Assembly (NCBI RefSeq): GCF_964355755.1 | Contig: NC_092674.1 | Coordinates: 5,890,001-5,954,000, forward strand | Direction: 5' to 3' | From: Antedon mediterranea | Taxonomy: Eukaryota; Animalia; Echinodermata | DNA length: 64,000 bases | Shown: positions 62,276 to 64,000 of the stretch, in pieces | How positions within the stretch are numbered: position 1 is the first letter of the stretch | How the letters are laid out: each line of letters opens with the position of its first letter | Position numbers and translations under genes: made by a program | Notes under the pieces: model-generated | Told to the model about the DNA's origin: nothing | Seen by the model: the letters and a program-made list of their open reading frames with translations, nothing else | The model's database searches: none

Positions 62276-62795
62276 TTAATTCTTCAAATACTTACTGGCT
62301 TGATAAAGCAAACCTACCGAAAGAAATCGATAATATGCAGTAAGAGGGCGGAAAATTATGTTAACTATCTCCATAGTTTTTCCAAACAAAAAATCATTTG
62401 TATCGGAAAAACACGTTTTAGAGTCTGGATTAACAACTATATCACCCAACCAGATAGTGGCATTAGTTATCATTACATACTTCAAACAACGATGAATGAT
62501 AACTTTAGCGTCATCATCGATGTAACACAATTCGTGGAATTTGTAGAATGACCATTGTTTGTAAATTTAATCCTACTAAGTTTATAATAGTCAATAAAAT
62601 TAGACCGACCTGTTTCACACTGCTTTAAATAATTTCAGATTCATTAATTTCCACTGTTTCTATGAGATTCTGAAAATCTGCTATCAATTTGGAAGTTGCA
62701 GATGTACCATCGCAGCAGCTCAACACAAATACAGCGATTAGGCAGAAAAGAAGAAGTGATTCGCCTCTGTTTAAGGGTTTACGTAGAGTTATATT
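62276..62795 (-). pseudogene. Otopetrin-like 3' fragment with frameshifts, interrupted by an insertion at ~62796
   Basis: NRGESLLLFCLIAVFVLSCCDG, KYVMITNATIW, RPLTAYYRFLS in broken frames. Confidence 0.78.
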
Positions 62796-64000
62796 AACTA
62801 GATGGTACGTTCGCTTCGCTCGCGTACCATCTAGGTCGTGCCCACAGATGGTTCTCGAATACACAGTAATTTCAGGGTAAAAAATTTGGCGATTTCAAAT
62901 GCACGTACCGCAGGACTATAATACATGTCGTTTACAGAAACGAATAAGTAGACACGATGATTTATGTAGTCAACTAAAATTAGCACCCTGGGAATTACTT
63001 CCGAAAGAGAAACTTACCACAAAATGAGTCCAAATTGTTTATTCATTTAAAGAAACCCGATTAGGGTTGAGGGATGGGAAAGAGGATAGGTACAAAGAGG
63101 AACAATTTAAATATATTCTTTATCCACGTCAGTAACGAAATATTGTTTTCATTTTTTATAGGCCTATAAATAATATACCACTAACGGTGACTAAATATAG
63201 TAAAACATTTGCGATTTAATACTTTGTTAAAACTGTCACTGTCATAGTCGATTGAAATAGTAAAGTACATGTAACAATACACCACTACGACGTTTATATT
63301 TTTTGTAATTATTAATTAATGCAAACGTTGAGAAGCAACTGCAACAGTAAGAAAGTTTATTTGTATATTACGTGTTTATATATCTAACAGTAGAGCCTAC
63401 CCATAATCACAGTAATAAAGTTTATTTGTATATATTTTTTTACATCTAACAGTATTCACAGTAAGAAATGTTTGTATATATTTTTTTACATCTAACAGTA
63501 TTCAATGTTCGATTCAAATGACGACCAAAAATGGTTAATAGGTATTTGCAGTACTGTATTGTCAAAGTATTGCAAGTTTATTCTCCAAGGGCTCATAAAT
63601 TTACCTACTTGTGTTAAACCAAACTGGCAGACTGAGAGATTGGAATGTTCCATTCATCGCAAATCAATACATTTGTAAGAACGTAAATTAAATCTATCAA
63701 AATAGTATTTTTTAAAGAAAATCGGCCTGTCTTCAACATTATGACGCTGTACTCGAGCAGTTCAACCGGTTTTCAGCTATTAAAAACAATTATCGTAGGA
63801 GGAGATAGGAAAATGCGAAGGGTCCTCGTATTATTGTGTGCGGGTATTTTTCAAGTTGGACATCCATTAGACAGTGTATACCACGATCGGAAAACACCCC
63901 TATTTGGGGCAAATCGTTGAACCTAAATTCGTTTTAATCGTCAATAACTAATTATCTAACTCAATTTAATTAGTAAACAGGGTTACATCAGGTGGTTAAA
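62796..64000. mobile_element. Insertion starting with an AACTAGA hairpin end; interior homologous (inverted) to 47990-48375 and 50725-50955
   Basis: CTAGATGGTACG-TTCGCTTCGCTCG-CGTACCATCTAG hairpin; reverse-complement matches to the 48 kb and 50.8 kb segments. Confidence 0.5.

Noticed and set aside
39351-62880. Numerous + strand ORFs over the otopetrin-like genes
   Set aside because: Antisense shadows of the minus-strand coding sequences, repeated only because the genes are duplicated.

Overview
AT-rich animal (invertebrate-like) genomic window with spliceosomal introns. Left third: three conserved genes, EMC7 (+, 4 exons), Rab9 (+, single coding exon) and ADCK2 (-, 10 coding exons), among SINEs, MITEs and Helentron-like elements. 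Middle: a GH27 alpha-N-acetylgalactosaminidase/alpha-galactosidase gene (+). Its six catalytic-domain exons (19867-23359) are followed by FIVE divergent, intact versions of the terminal exon encoding the C-terminal beta-sandwich domain (26130, 27895, 29480, 31018, 36675). Each has its own phase-0 acceptor and stop codon, suggesting mutually exclusive alternative last exons. An antisense tandem array of 18 tRNA-Trp(CCA) genes (32090-35900) lies between the 4th and 5th of these exons. Right 40%: a tandem birth-and-death cluster of intronless, divergent otopetrin-like genes (-): 3 intact, 2 with a single lesion, 4 fragments. Several 16-42 bp CA...TG palindromes flanked by 7-bp duplications look like P-superfamily transposon excision footprints. 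All calls come from reading the sequence by eye; no searches were run.
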